Of a stretch of 64,000 nt of DNA, positions 12,281 to 24,002 are shown one piece after another. A program made the translations under genes and the position numbers. Origin of the DNA: Polymyxa betae A26-41 (Eukaryota; Protista; Endomyxa: Phytomyxea); NCBI GenBank assembly GCA_003693705.1, contig RBZT01000751.1, positions 1-64,000 on the forward strand, in the 5' to 3' direction. The notes under the pieces are model-generated. The model had not been told where the DNA came from. It was given only the letters and a program-made list of their open reading frames with translations, and did no database searches. The stretch's first letter is position 1. Each line of letters opens with the position of its first letter.

Positions 12281-12322
12281 AACCGATTAGCTGTCGGCTA
12301 ACCGGTTACATAAGCGGTTAGC
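12281..12322. repeat. Cluster of three inverted AACCGGTTAGC-like motifs
   Basis: AACCGATTAGC (12281-12291), GCTAACCGGTTA (12297-12308), TAAGCGGTTAGC (12311-12322). Confidence 0.7.
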
Positions 12323-13245
12323 GAGTTAGTGGCGGACATTTAGCCTGTAGGCCGTCACCGGAGCCGTGCCGACCCCTCGATCTCCAGTGTTTGGGGCGTT
12401 GGTGTAGTTGGTTATCACGCATCGTTCGCAACGATGAGGTCGCGGTTTCGATTACCGCACGCTCCATCTGTTCTTTTTGTAAGCAGTGATTTCTGATACC
12501 TATCTCATAGATGGTCTGATATAAACGTGCCAATGAATTTCCAGATAATTTTGTGATTTCACATGAAGTTAAGGAAAAAAACTCATAGTATCGCATCGAG
12601 TTCTCACCAGACGAATCGCTGAGATTTCAGTAATGCTCGGGTGGTTCCATCTGAAACGAGATGGCGTTGTGTGGAATCGGTAGCGATTCATTCATTGTTA
12701 TAAAGGATGTCCACTACGAAAAGGAAGCAGCAACTACGATCTTTGTGCTCGTTCCCACTTGGTCACAGCGATTATGAATGACGAGAAAGCTCATCGGCTC
12801 CTGCTTTATTGCGAAACATTCCAGATTCCGCATCCTAAAACAAGCATGATTTCCGCTCCGATTCCCAATGGATTTTATTATTCAGAGCGGTAATAAACGA
12901 AGCTTGAAAACACAGCTGAGGAGCAGATGCATCCGTCCATATTATGATTATATCAGGGACAAAAAATCACACAGCTGAGAATTATTAGGGTTTAGGACTA
13001 GGTGGGATAATGTGAATTTGGCAGAAGATCATGTAATGTGCTATTATTGATGTGCTGCGGGGGTGATGCAGACAAAAGTGCGCGCATTTTTCTCCAGAGT
13101 GGCTGACTCACACATGCAGGATGTTGTATCATGCACGAATCCTTCTGCATTGCTAATAAAGAAGCCAATAAGATTTAGGAATAAAGTCCCAATTTATGAA
13201 CAAGTGAAAAATTATTGATTGCATCTACTGTGAATTCTGTGGGGT

Positions 13246-15716
13246 CTACAATTGGCAGTTTTCAGTGGTTCCAGAACAGATTTTCGAAAAAAGGCGATGT
13301 CGGTACAAAATCGGAGCCGCGCCCCAAGAATCGATAAAATTCTGCTCATGGCCATGGAAGAGGCTGTCAAAGCAAAGCATCAAAGGTCGCAACGTCTGTG
13401 ATTCGAAGTTTCGAAAAGCATTAGAAAACTGCTTCCGCTCGACCCGACTGGAGCTGCTGGCAATTTGCTGAAAGAATCGAAGTTTTTCGAGTCCATTCAG
13501 TGTCTGCAAAGGCGTGCGATCCACGTCGAAGTCGCCAAAGGTCTGCTTCCGCCGGACTGTGGTATTCGCAGCATGAGGAGGAGCTATCACAACAGAATCG
13601 GGCTGGGGAATATGGCGGTCACATCCCAATTCGACGTCTTCCTGAATTTCCGAGCCAGATTCAAGCGCACTTACCAGGTTCATATTCGCCACCGCCGATG
13701 CGGTAACTGTAGCTGATTGTCGAACATGTTCCATCATCTTCTCCACCACCGACTCCAGTTGAATCACCAATTCGGGGCTTGCGGAAGCCTTGAACTTCCC
13801 AAAAAGCTCCTGGTACTGCTGATAAGGGCTTTCGTCCACATGGTCCGATTGAAGAATAGCCTGGCTTAGCCGTCGGTAGCTTATGTCGCGGCCATCTTCA
13901 GTGAAGCCCAGAAAATGGCGAGCCTTCAAACTTTCCATGAACTCGGCAGCTAAAACCGCCAGGCTTCGGGTTTCATTGCCCGGTCGACGTGAGTGAATCG
14001 TAAGGTTCTCCCGAATTAGGTGACCGTTCTCAATAGCAATGGACTGCCATTTTGGTTGAATCCTGCTCATGATATCGTCACTATAGAAACAATAAATCCA
14101 GAATTAATCAGCAAGTTAAAATCAGACTTACGGAGCCGTCGCCTTAATCATTTCGATTATTGTTCCGGCATCGTTATAATATCGTTGAGCGTTAACATGT
14201 GCAACATGCCTAGCAGCCTTCATAGCGTCAAGCATATTTGCGCCATACCAAGTGGCGAAGAGATACGCCGTCTTTCGAGCACAATGAAGTCCAAAAGGGC
14301 CTCTAGGACGCAGAAGCTTCTGACATAGGTCCTGGAACACATTGAAGAATTCTGAATACTGCATGGGGCGGAGAAACTCTTGGTTAGGGCCAGAATCGAA
14401 CCATTTCTTGCAGGGAAACAGGCAGCCTTCTGTGAGACCATTCGATCCAAGATGAGCGAGCAGATGCGAGATTGCATCAAACTCTGGGACATCTCGATCT
14501 CGGTGGAGCAGCAGCAGCGTCTTCCGATCTCGACGTTTTTCCGTCTTCCCATCGACCCATACTGCAAGCTTGTCAACGACATTCGATTTAATCTATATAT
14601 ATCAGAATTAAAGAGCCAGCTGATAAAACTGTTATGCAAACTAACCACGAAAAATCTCTCCTCAAAATCGCTAAAAAGCATATCTTGCCCATCGCCATTC
14701 CGTAAGAAGAGTTTAACGAACAGGATAAAGATTGTGTAAAGCATGAAATAATATGGGTCGTCCTCTTTCATGCAGAAATCCCGCAGAATCAACACTTCTG
14801 CTGGTGTTAGCTGCGTTACCCCATTTGACACATTCTTTCAAATCCTTTTTGATACGCGTGAAAGCGTTCTCGAACAGAAGAGATTCGTTTGGCATTCCTT
14901 TCCGCCAGATCAGCGGAGTGGGAGCGTGCCGATCGCAGCCAGAGCGGTTGGGAGGATTCTTCTGGCGCTCTTCAATACAGTTCGAGCACAAACCTTGATA
15001 GCCTCCTCGATGATCGAAGGCTTCATGAATACTCTTAATTGCAGACCCCATTTGGGAAATATTATCAGGATTCGCCCATGTACCAGAGCAGCTGATCTGT
15101 AATCCAGTAAAAACACTTAATACAGGAGATCCATCAGTGCGTGATAAAGGTGCTCCCTCTTCAAAAGTTCTCCAGTCCATATACAGCACTGAAAAAGAGT
15201 AAATTTCCAATGCAGAATTCAATCAGTAAACTTACGAATCGATTCCACGTTCATTGCCGGAACGCTTTCAGGGGCGTCACGAAGCAGAATTATAAGGGAC
15301 TCGAAATCCCCTATTATCGATAGAAAGTACCAAAGACCACGGAGATGCTTTTCATAGGCAACCTTGGAAGCGGGTTCAAGAGGACGATCATCAAACCAGC
15401 CCCGATCCGGCCTTCCAGAGAATCCAGGACGCCGCTCCATTCCCATTCGAGACAAAACAGTGTCGATTTCAGTTAAAACAGCTGCATTCAGCGCATGAGA
15501 TAATTTATAAACCTTTTTTTAGGGTTTCGTTGGTCTTTCAGCACCCAAGATGGTTCGTTCCTCCATGTTTGCAGGACGTCGTACCCGGCGTCGATAAACG
15601 GGTGCAGAGGTTGCAGATGGTGCAGGCCGCAGATGCAATCGGCGCGGCCTCTGAATTTTGTGATGCACCTTGTGATGCGGGCTGTATACGGGCTGTGATG
15701 CGCGTGATGCGGACAT
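13246..15716 (-). mobile_element. Crypton-like tyrosine recombinase gene, 4 exons, ~770 aa if repaired; one in-frame stop and one frameshift
   Basis: Introns 15235-15189, 14645-14593 and 14131-14081 (GT-AG). The spliced product carries the YR catalytic set: LFLR(NGD), DGKTEK, GLHCARKT, ARH, QRYY. N-terminal CSNC-x12-CDRH motif. TAA at 15519-15521; frameshift at ~14832. No RT or gag attached. Confidence 0.85.
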
Positions 15717-15841
15717 AATATAGAGAAAAAAAATGCGTATGATAGAGTTTTACTGAGATAATGAGATTACAGAATATCAATAAATTATTACTATTTTATT
15801 GAACGCTCTGTCGAGGTTTCCTTGTCATTGGCACCGAGAAT

Positions 15842-17052
15842 CTATCTGCAACACGCGCTGAGTGGGCGATAGAACGACCGACGTACTGGCCCTGCCCCGA
15901 CCTGTGTATGTGAGAGGGAGACTGGTGTGGATTGGTCATATAGAGATATAGAGAATGAGCAGACAGAAGACAGTGTTACAGACTTAAGCCCGTACAAATA
16001 GAGTCCAAGACCTATCGCATTCGTTAGAATCCTGTCCCAAGTTAATTCCTGAAGACAGCGTGGTTTAGGGGGTAGGGAATAAAGGTAGAGAAAGAGCACG
16101 ACATGGAACCTATTAGGCATCGAAATCCAGCTCTATCCTGATATCTTTGGCGTTGTGCACGATCATAGAGTCTTCACAAGTTCTGAGAGTCGCTCGCTTT
16201 GCAGCATTCAGAGAGTTCGAACTCGTTCAGGAGGGGTCAGTAGGTTTTTGAGATGCGCTGCAGCTGTAATAGCGCTGAAAGAGCTCATTATAAGGTCAAT
16301 CGTGTGATTGTTTATTGATGTTATTATTAGCTGTGGCTATATAGATTTGAAGGGAGATGATGACGCCGAACGTCTGTTTATGGACTTCGATCGATAGTGG
16401 AATGAGTTCAGTGTCCTGTGAATTCATTAGTAGACGATATGGATCGTTCCCGTCTCTGTTGAGTCCATTCCCTTTTTCCAGCCCCATTCCCCAGAGTGAC
16501 AATGATATACTTTTTTCGTCATAGGACGGCATTTGCCATCGAGATTGCTGAGATATGTTGAGGGTATTGGATTGAATTGAGAAACAACTGACGATTATAT
16601 TCAATATGAGAAGAAGACAAGAAGCCAAATTAATTATAACGGCACCACTAACAAATGTCAAAGCCGCGATCGGATAGGTTCTTCAAGACATGATCCAATG
16701 AAGTCAATGACGTGAGCGATCATGATGGAAATATCGGATGTCTCCGATGAAGTATTATCTTGGATATGATGTCATAGCGATCCTCCAACACCCTTCACAA
16801 TACCCACGACTCTCTTAAACCTATACCCTAACTACACAATAGTTGTCCATAATTATCCCAAACACTCTCCAAGACCACCAAATAACCCCTGATATACCAC
16901 CAAAAGATGGCCAATGGATTTCTTGAAGGTCTCTCAAAATAGACCAATACCATTGTTATAAAAAAACTCAAAAACGCCCATATTTTCATCATATTCTCTA
17001 AAGTTTCACCCAAATTGTCCAATGTCAGATCGTCATGCAGAAAGGCCTCCAA
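15842..17052 (-). pseudogene. Degenerate membrane-protein gene of unknown family
   Basis: Hydrophobic ORF pieces (16828-17052, 16296-16661) separated by stops and frameshifts. Confidence 0.35.
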
Positions 17053-17380
17053 AAAATCCCGAAAAAAATCGTAAAAAACAGTTTTTTTTTCAATTTTGTT
17101 TTTGTAAAATACAAAATTCCCAGATATTTTTACGGTCTTTTTTTGTTTTCATAGACTTTTTTAGGCGTCCAGATTTTTCCGAAATTAAAAAATGTTTTTT
17201 TTTTTTTAATTATGAGAAGCGCCTAAGGCTCACTACCAAAGGACATGATCACAAACTACCTTCATACTTGGAGACCAGAGTTTGGTGATCGGTGACGGGT
17301 TCGGAGGATGGAACCGAGTCGTCATCGATCGCTTCCAAAACGATACCGATGTTCTGTTTTGTTGGTAATAGATCGATGTG

Positions 17381-17413
17381 CCTAACCAACCCTAACCCAA
17401 TAGGTTTTAGGGT
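17381..17413. repeat. Interstitial telomere-like motifs at the edge of the accessory island
   Basis: CCTAACCAACCCTAACCC (identical to 680-697) followed by TTTTAGGG. Confidence 0.6.
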
Positions 17414-17449
17414 TCGGTTTCGCTGCTCCCTCCTTTATAAGGCATCATA

Positions 17450-18850
17450 GAAACTGGTGCTTGAGATTGGAAGCCAATCGATTCTTTAATTGCTGAGAAT
17501 CACGAACAGATTGCTTATTGATGCAATACAGCGTGATGGCAGTACTGGCTTAGATCTGATTTAATCGTTGGTTCATGTTTACCGCTCATGGAAGATAATC
17601 GTCAATGGTTCGGCCGCAAGACTCTGCGTTCGAGCGTTGAACGAGATGTATTCACGAATTTCCCCTTTGGTTTTGGCAAATTATTGCATAACCTTTTGTA
17701 TGCAATTCGCATCTGGTCCGTTTATCCTTAATGAGTTAGGCTCGGTGTCAAATAATGCAGGTCGATAGATCAATAAGTGTCACAAATCAAAACGACTTCT
17801 TCACGCTGTTTTGAGGCGTTTTTGAAATTGGTCGCGATCAGTGCAACGGGTTTGTTATCATCGCCTAAGACATGGCCAAATACACAAACCGACACGTGTC
17901 GTTCACTGAAATGCTTCTGAATTACATTCTCTGTCGAGTCAGCAGTTTGTTTCTTAGATCTGGACGGTATCAAGTTTCTATAAAATCCGATTTGAATGGA
18001 TAGCGCGCAATTCGCAATCGTATGGCCGAAGTCAAAGATCCCAGTTGATAAGCAAATGCAAGTACTGTAGTTCAATTCTTCGATTGTCTTACTAACAGTT
18101 CTGTGAAGCTTTCAAAGCACGATGTGTAGGGTTAGCTCTACAGATTTATAGGTCAAAATTACATCTGGTAGGAGCTGTCGACGATCTTTTTGGGCTGTCG
18201 TTGCAGGCGAATCCAGAGGGTCCAGAATATCATCGGTCCAGTATGATATTGTTATCAGCTGTTCCTCAAACCATCGTCAACAACCGATATCTGCAGAAAC
18301 TTGAATTCTTGATGTTTTCAAAGCTATGAGATTATGGACGATAATCAGCATCCTTATCGACACGATGCGATCTCCAAACACAACATTCTGACAATCCGGC
18401 TGCTGCTTCTGAAAAATACAAGGTGGAAGCAGTTTCTCACCAACTCAACGACTTTTAACTAGTTGCTGCATCTCATATTGTGAGAAGGAGAATTGCTGAG
18501 TTTCCATAAAATCAGCACGACTTGGAGCAATCAAAAAGTGATTGAAGGAAAAGTAATAAATTCCACTCTGGACAACAGCCAAATCTGGTTGGCATGTATT
18601 CCAAAGATTTAAGATATCATTCACGTGCTGGCAAAAGCTGAAAACCAAACGACCAAAAGCGCGAACAGAATTGCTCGGAAACTTCCAGAGGCCGGTCAGC
18701 ATACGGCTTCGAACAAGGCTATATCATTCGCAACTATATAAATTTCGATAATGAGTCAACAGCATTGTTGCTGCGAGCAGACCCGATTTGCAGCAAGCCA
18801 TCCTCGTCCGGTCCTGAAGTATGAAAAACAGAATAGATAGAAACATGTGG
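17450..18850 (-). CDS. Probable multi-exon gene of unknown function
   Basis: Protein-like minus ORFs (17770-18075, 18445-18702) with intron-sized gaps, divergent from H2A. Ends are approximate. Confidence 0.35.
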
Positions 18851-19446
18851 CAGTTCCTTTCCAAGAAAATAAACACGACGGCGCAACGTCTGAACGTTGC
18901 TCTCGATTTATAACCCTGTTGATCGATGTAGTAAAGATAATAGAAATCTTAGATTAAAATGACGGTCCGAAAATCGAAGGACCAAATTCCTGCCAAAAAA
19001 ACTCCCTCAGAAGCGCTTTCAAGTCTCAACTATCAGGATTATTGGGGAACCATAGAGACAGCAAAACATTCAAATTGGAGGAGCGGGCTCAAATTAATCG
19101 CCGACCGATCACTACCTCAATCTACTACAGCATTGGCGCTCAGCAGCAGTTGAATCGCCTGTCGCCTGCCACCTTGGCGGCGTCGGCACTCGGCGTCTCG
19201 GGACGAAGGACCGAAGAGGTATTTTGAGCGCCAAAATATTGGCGGGAGTCCGATAGACGGGAAGCCATATTGAAGGCCAGTGGTGGCGCGGCCATCTCAT
19301 CCAGTCAAGAGTAAGCTTAGCGCCACTGATTGGTGTCTACGCAACTTTTCGCGCGCCTTTTTATCTCTATCTACCGCGAGGAGTAGAGAGCACCACAGCC
19401 CATTCTGTTATCGGTCGTCCTCTTCATACATCTGTACTAATCGATC

Positions 19447-19920
19447 ATGTCGGGCAAGGGAAAGGGAGGACGCGGCAAGGCCAAGGGCGGCAAGTCGCAG
19501 ACCCGTTCGTCTCGTGCCGGTCTGCAGTTCCCAGTCGGGCGTATCAACCGTTTCCTTCGTGATGGACGTTACGCCGCTCGTGTCGGAGGTGGTGCCCCAG
19601 TCTACCTGGCCGCCGTTCTTGAATATTTGGCTGCCGAAATTCTCGAATTGGCTGGTAACGCCGCCCGTGATAACAAGAAGACCCGTATCATTCCTCGGCA
19701 CATTCAGCTGGCCATCCGAAATGATGAAGAATTGAACAAGCTGCTGCACGATGTCACCATCGCTCAAGGTGGTGTCCTGCCTAACATCCACTCGGTTCTC
19801 CTGCCAAAGAAGAAGGCCGGTGAAGGTGCCGCCGCTCCTGCCCCGACCACGAAGAAGGAGACCCCAGCCAAGTCTGTTGCCAAGAAGGGCGGCAAGCAAT
19901 CTGCCTCTCAAGAATTCTAA
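19447..19920 (+). CDS. H2AX: Histone H2A with H2A.X-type SQEF C-terminus
   Basis: [46 protein letters not shown]; ends SQEF. Confidence 0.97.
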   Translation: MSGKGKGGRGKAKGGKSQTRSSRAGLQFPVGRINRFLRDGRYAARVGGGAPVYLAAVLEYLAAEILELAGNAARDNKKTRIIPRHIQLAIRNDEELNKLLHDVTIAQGGVLPNIHSVLLPKKKAGEGAAAPAPTTKKETPAKSVAKKGGKQSASQEF

Positions 19921-20008
19921 GTTTATATCTGAGCTTGATGCTGTCAATCATTATAAATAAAGGTCGCAAGCCCATAATTATCATTACTCTATTTTGTTCA
20001 AATTTAAA

Positions 20009-20772
20009 CTAGTGACCCCACGAAGAGAACTTCTCGTACATTGATGTAATCAACCGTAGTCGCAGAGGATTTAGCTCCCCATATCTGGGTAACGACATAA
20101 TTCTGAAGAGATCGCCTAGAATTTGCAGTGACATTCCCCAAAGATATCTTGGAGGCTCTCCATCGATAGAGGGCAATTTAATGCTTGGTAATGATAGAAC
20201 TTGTTCTGCAAGATTCGTACAGCAAACCGGTAAATAATTTTTCGCAAATCGAGAAAGCGAAAGCCTCCACGAAACAGGTAAAATCACGCTTGCAATAGAA
20301 TATCGATCCCAGCCGACCTCCGCATTCGACAGGTATTCTATTGGAATCCAGAATGCTGCTTTGACCTCGGATTCTTGCAGCGTCAATTTCGGTGTTGTAG
20401 CACAGATCTGCTCGAAGACTATTTTAAACCTAAGAATTCTGATAACGGCTGAAACATCAATTTACCAAATGGGTAGACTGCAAGGCCATGGCGGTTCACA
20501 GGGGTGAGCCTTCCTATCAGTTGAAAATGATCTTTATTCGTCAGTTCCAATCCGACTTCCTCCAACGTCTCACGAATCGCATCCTTCAGTGGATGCTCTG
20601 AAGGTTGAGCACGTCCACCAGGATATGCAACATGCCCGCTATATCGGTCTCTCTCGACAACCGCCCGCTCTATCAAAAGAATCTGGCTCTGCTGTATCTG
20701 AATCCCCTTCAGTGAAGTATTGCAGCGGCCAGCGCCACGAACGATCACGGCAACAGCAGCGATGCGTGCCAT
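20009..20772 (-). CDS. Nudix hydrolase, CoA pyrophosphatase-like (NUDT7/8, PCD1 type)
   Basis: YSGHVAYPGG followed by the Nudix box GGRAQPSEHPLKDAIRETLEEVGL; C-terminal LWGMS. One intron near 20417-20467. Start uncertain. Confidence 0.85.
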
Positions 20773-21320
20773 AAAGATTCTGAAAACAATAGCGCCAGCA
20801 ACATCTCTTTTATTGTTAAGAGCGGCAGTAACATGAACAAGGCCTTCTCTCTACAAATTACATTCGCAGACCTTAAGAGACGGTCTATTTAAAGATTTGG
20901 TTGTGGTAAAATCTATAAGGAAGTTTCACATGTCTTTTAAAAATATAGATTAGAAGACTCCGGCTTCAGATAGCCTACTTGGAACGAATGCAGCAAGTTG
21001 CTGTGCCGCAAAAGGGTCTTTCCCATTGCAGTCGAATAGTAATCTCGCTAACGCAAACATTAGTGTACAGATGGAATACTTCGAGAAGACAAACGCCTCT
21101 GATATCGGCGTCTATTTTTAGCGATTTTGTTGATACCCTTGCGCAATCGAATCGCTTATCTATCTAGTAACGCAAAAATGATGAAAGCTTGCGAAAGGAG
21201 CTGGAAGGCGCAGCCTCTACTTCACAATGGCAATGTGAATGTTACCTCGTTGTTCATTGTAGCAGTCGCCGTCATCACAAAGATAATCCGACAGACCTAT
21301 CAGTTCTGTATTCGAGAGAC

Positions 21321-24002
21321 ATGGCAGTGCCATGTCTAATTCGGGTCGTATCACGCTCCGATCGCCACCTGCTACGTTTGTCGTGTCAATCCCCGGCCGA
21401 GATCAAAAGGGACCTGGCTCAGCGTCTGAAGGTCGATGCCGCCATGCTTGTTGTGATTCATCATGGCTCTATATTGCCTGATGATAGCAGTTTTGCGGAG
21501 TTGAAGCGCCCAACCAGCTCGGAAGTGAATCTGATTGCAATCGTTTTGGACCCGGAGCAATGTCGGCTGGCAGAAGCTGCCAAGAAATTCGAATCGGTTC
21601 TGGCGTCTCCTGTTGCGTCCCCTTCACAACCTACAACGGAGAGGAATATCGTCTATGAAACTCCAGTGCTCAATGCCATGGAATTTCTTGGAAGGTACCT
21701 GATGTATGGTGTTAGATAAACGATGCATACTCAATGTGACTCCAGCCATGTTTCTGCTTCTTTAAGAGAGCCTTTAGTCGGTATGGGCTTTCCAGAATCA
21801 AGGGCCGTCAAAGCTCTACTGCTGAATGGCCTGAATATGGAGAGGGCCATGGAGTGGCTGCTCGATCATGCCAATGACGAAGATGTCGACGCCCCGCTCA
21901 CGCCTCATCAAATCAGCCAGCTAATCTCTTCCTTAATCGCATCCCAGGGTACGAATGTTTGCTGTATGCCTCGATGTTGCTGCATTTCTGATCACAAAAT
22001 TCAGGGATGCTTCTATCTGGAAGATCAGCTCCTGCTGTTATGCGGGCTGTTGACGCTGCGATTGCCAACAGGCAATGTACATATGCTGTCACACGAAACC
22101 GCTACGTCCCTCAGCAATTCCGATGCTGTAATACCTGCTCGTTCGTAAACGGTTGAGGCGATTGTCGTTTGCCTCGTTGCTTTGCTTACTGAAAATCAGG
22201 CCGTGGTGTTTGCCTATCGTGCGCTGCTGTCTGTCATGCTGGCCACGACCTCGGTGAAGAAATTTCTGGAGAAGGTTTCTATTGCGATTGTGGGAGCGGA
22301 TCGGGCAATGTCGCCTGCCGATGCATGCGTTAGTGCTATGAATTTTTGATTGCAAATGCTTATTCGGCTTAGAGCCTGTGGCTAGACCTGAACCACTGCC
22401 TGAAAGGATATTTTCTAACAGGAATCCCTTTATGGTGACCGATTTGGCATTACAAACTGATCCTTTGGCTCACCAGCCTTTTGCAATTCGGTTAGGATCT
22501 GACGAGATGTGGTCCTTGCTCAACTTGCTAAGAAGGTTGCTAGATAAGTCGCCCTTTGTAAATTGCTGAATGGCGTAAACAGGTTATCCGAATCCGATAA
22601 TGCAGATATATCGGGACACGACATTGAGATCGCTGCTTTGCTTCTCGACGTCATCGATCAGATACCTGTCCATGTCATTGCCTTATTTGCCATGATTATA
22701 GGGCAGAAGCAAGGCATGTTGTCACCTATTAGGCTTTCTTCCTTCTTACTGTTGCATCAGGCGTCGAGCGTATCCTGCAATCCAGCACGCTGTCACATTC
22801 GCTGATTCCTCGTATAACATCAGTCTGCATCGAAAGCAATGTACAGATTCAGATCTTGAGGACATGTCTGGCGTTTAGCATCAATCTAACTGCCAATGCT
22901 ATTGCGAACAAGCAGTGGTATTCATTTGCGTTGTCTTCATTTTCTCACGTATGTTTCTCCAAGTGCTCTCGAAATAGTTACGAATTTTTTTTGACAGATG
23001 ATCAGTGTGTGTTCGTCCCTAGTTTGTAGTGGTTCTGGAATCGAATCTTTATTCGCCATTGAGCTTCTAGGTATCTTTCCGATATGTTATGGTTCGTTTG
23101 TAAGTGATTATCTATATTTAGGAAACTATGCTCTTCTGTCACAGCATATGCCCGAGACCCAGAGGCGAATACTGTTATCAGAGTTGCTGAATGGGGCTGC
23201 CGCTCGAACAGAAAATGCACCTTTGGTGTTGAAAATCATAATTGCCTTCGGAACAGTGATCGAGCTTGTTCCCAGCATTGTATTAATCGCTAGACAGATG
23301 ATGAATCTGGGCCAGTTTTTTGACCAACTGAGCAGCAGATGGTCCAACCTTATTCCAGCCATAACTCGTTTACGAGAAATGGTGAGTGGATCGTAGCCCA
23401 GACAGCTTTATTGTAAAAAGTATAATACAGATGTGTTCTCTCATAGAATCTGACCGTACTTGTTATCGATCTGACAATGGTAAGGCGGCCAGCCGCATCT
23501 TGCTTTTCACTGAATTTCTCCTATACTCCGTAATGTATCTGCTGATTCCAAACATTGTCGTCCTAGCATCCCTGAGTGTTGATGACGCGTGTATAATATT
23601 CTCGTTAGACTGTGGAAACCAGTCTGAAACTAAGCTAGCGTGTTCTGGTTTCCTCTATTTTCTCGCCTTTGTATACTGTTCTAGTCAAGGTGGTCAACTT
23701 TGCCTCAATGACCTGGGTTTTTCTATCAAGTCTACAAGATGATGAGCAGAGAGAAGATATGATTTGAAGCGTTAATGAAGCCATTTAGGAGCGATTCCTA
23801 TTCATACTCGGCCGGCATTACAATAGCCTAGCAATACTTATATCGCAAACCAAATCGGTCGTCGGTGGTCAGATTTCTGGAGTTCTTCTCGATGGTTGAA
23901 TCTCAGCAGGTCGTAAACGACAGTGTGATCGTGGTGACGCTCTGCGATTGCTGCAGTGCTATCAGCCGGGCTATCACTGATTATCATAGACATCATAGTT
24001 GA
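21321..24002 (+). CDS. Multi-exon protein with UBL-like, UBA and UBR-type zinc-finger domains plus a helical C-terminal region
   Basis: IHHGSILPDD (UBL-like); LVGMGFPESRAVKALLLNGLNMERAMEWLL (UBA); CTY...CNTC...VCLSCAAVCHAGHDL...FYCDCG (zf-UBR). 3' end approximate. Confidence 0.7.

Noticed and set aside
16030-16110. SOCS/BC-box-like PKPRCLQEL in ORF 15842-16120
   Set aside because: Most of the motif falls in a pyrimidine-rich stretch ending CTTCAG that looks like an intron containing a telomere-like tract.
19408-19947. 179-aa antisense ORF over H2A, and similar antisense or alternate-frame ORFs over GAR1, RPS24 and PRP19
   Set aside because: These are shadow ORFs caused by the codon bias of the real genes.
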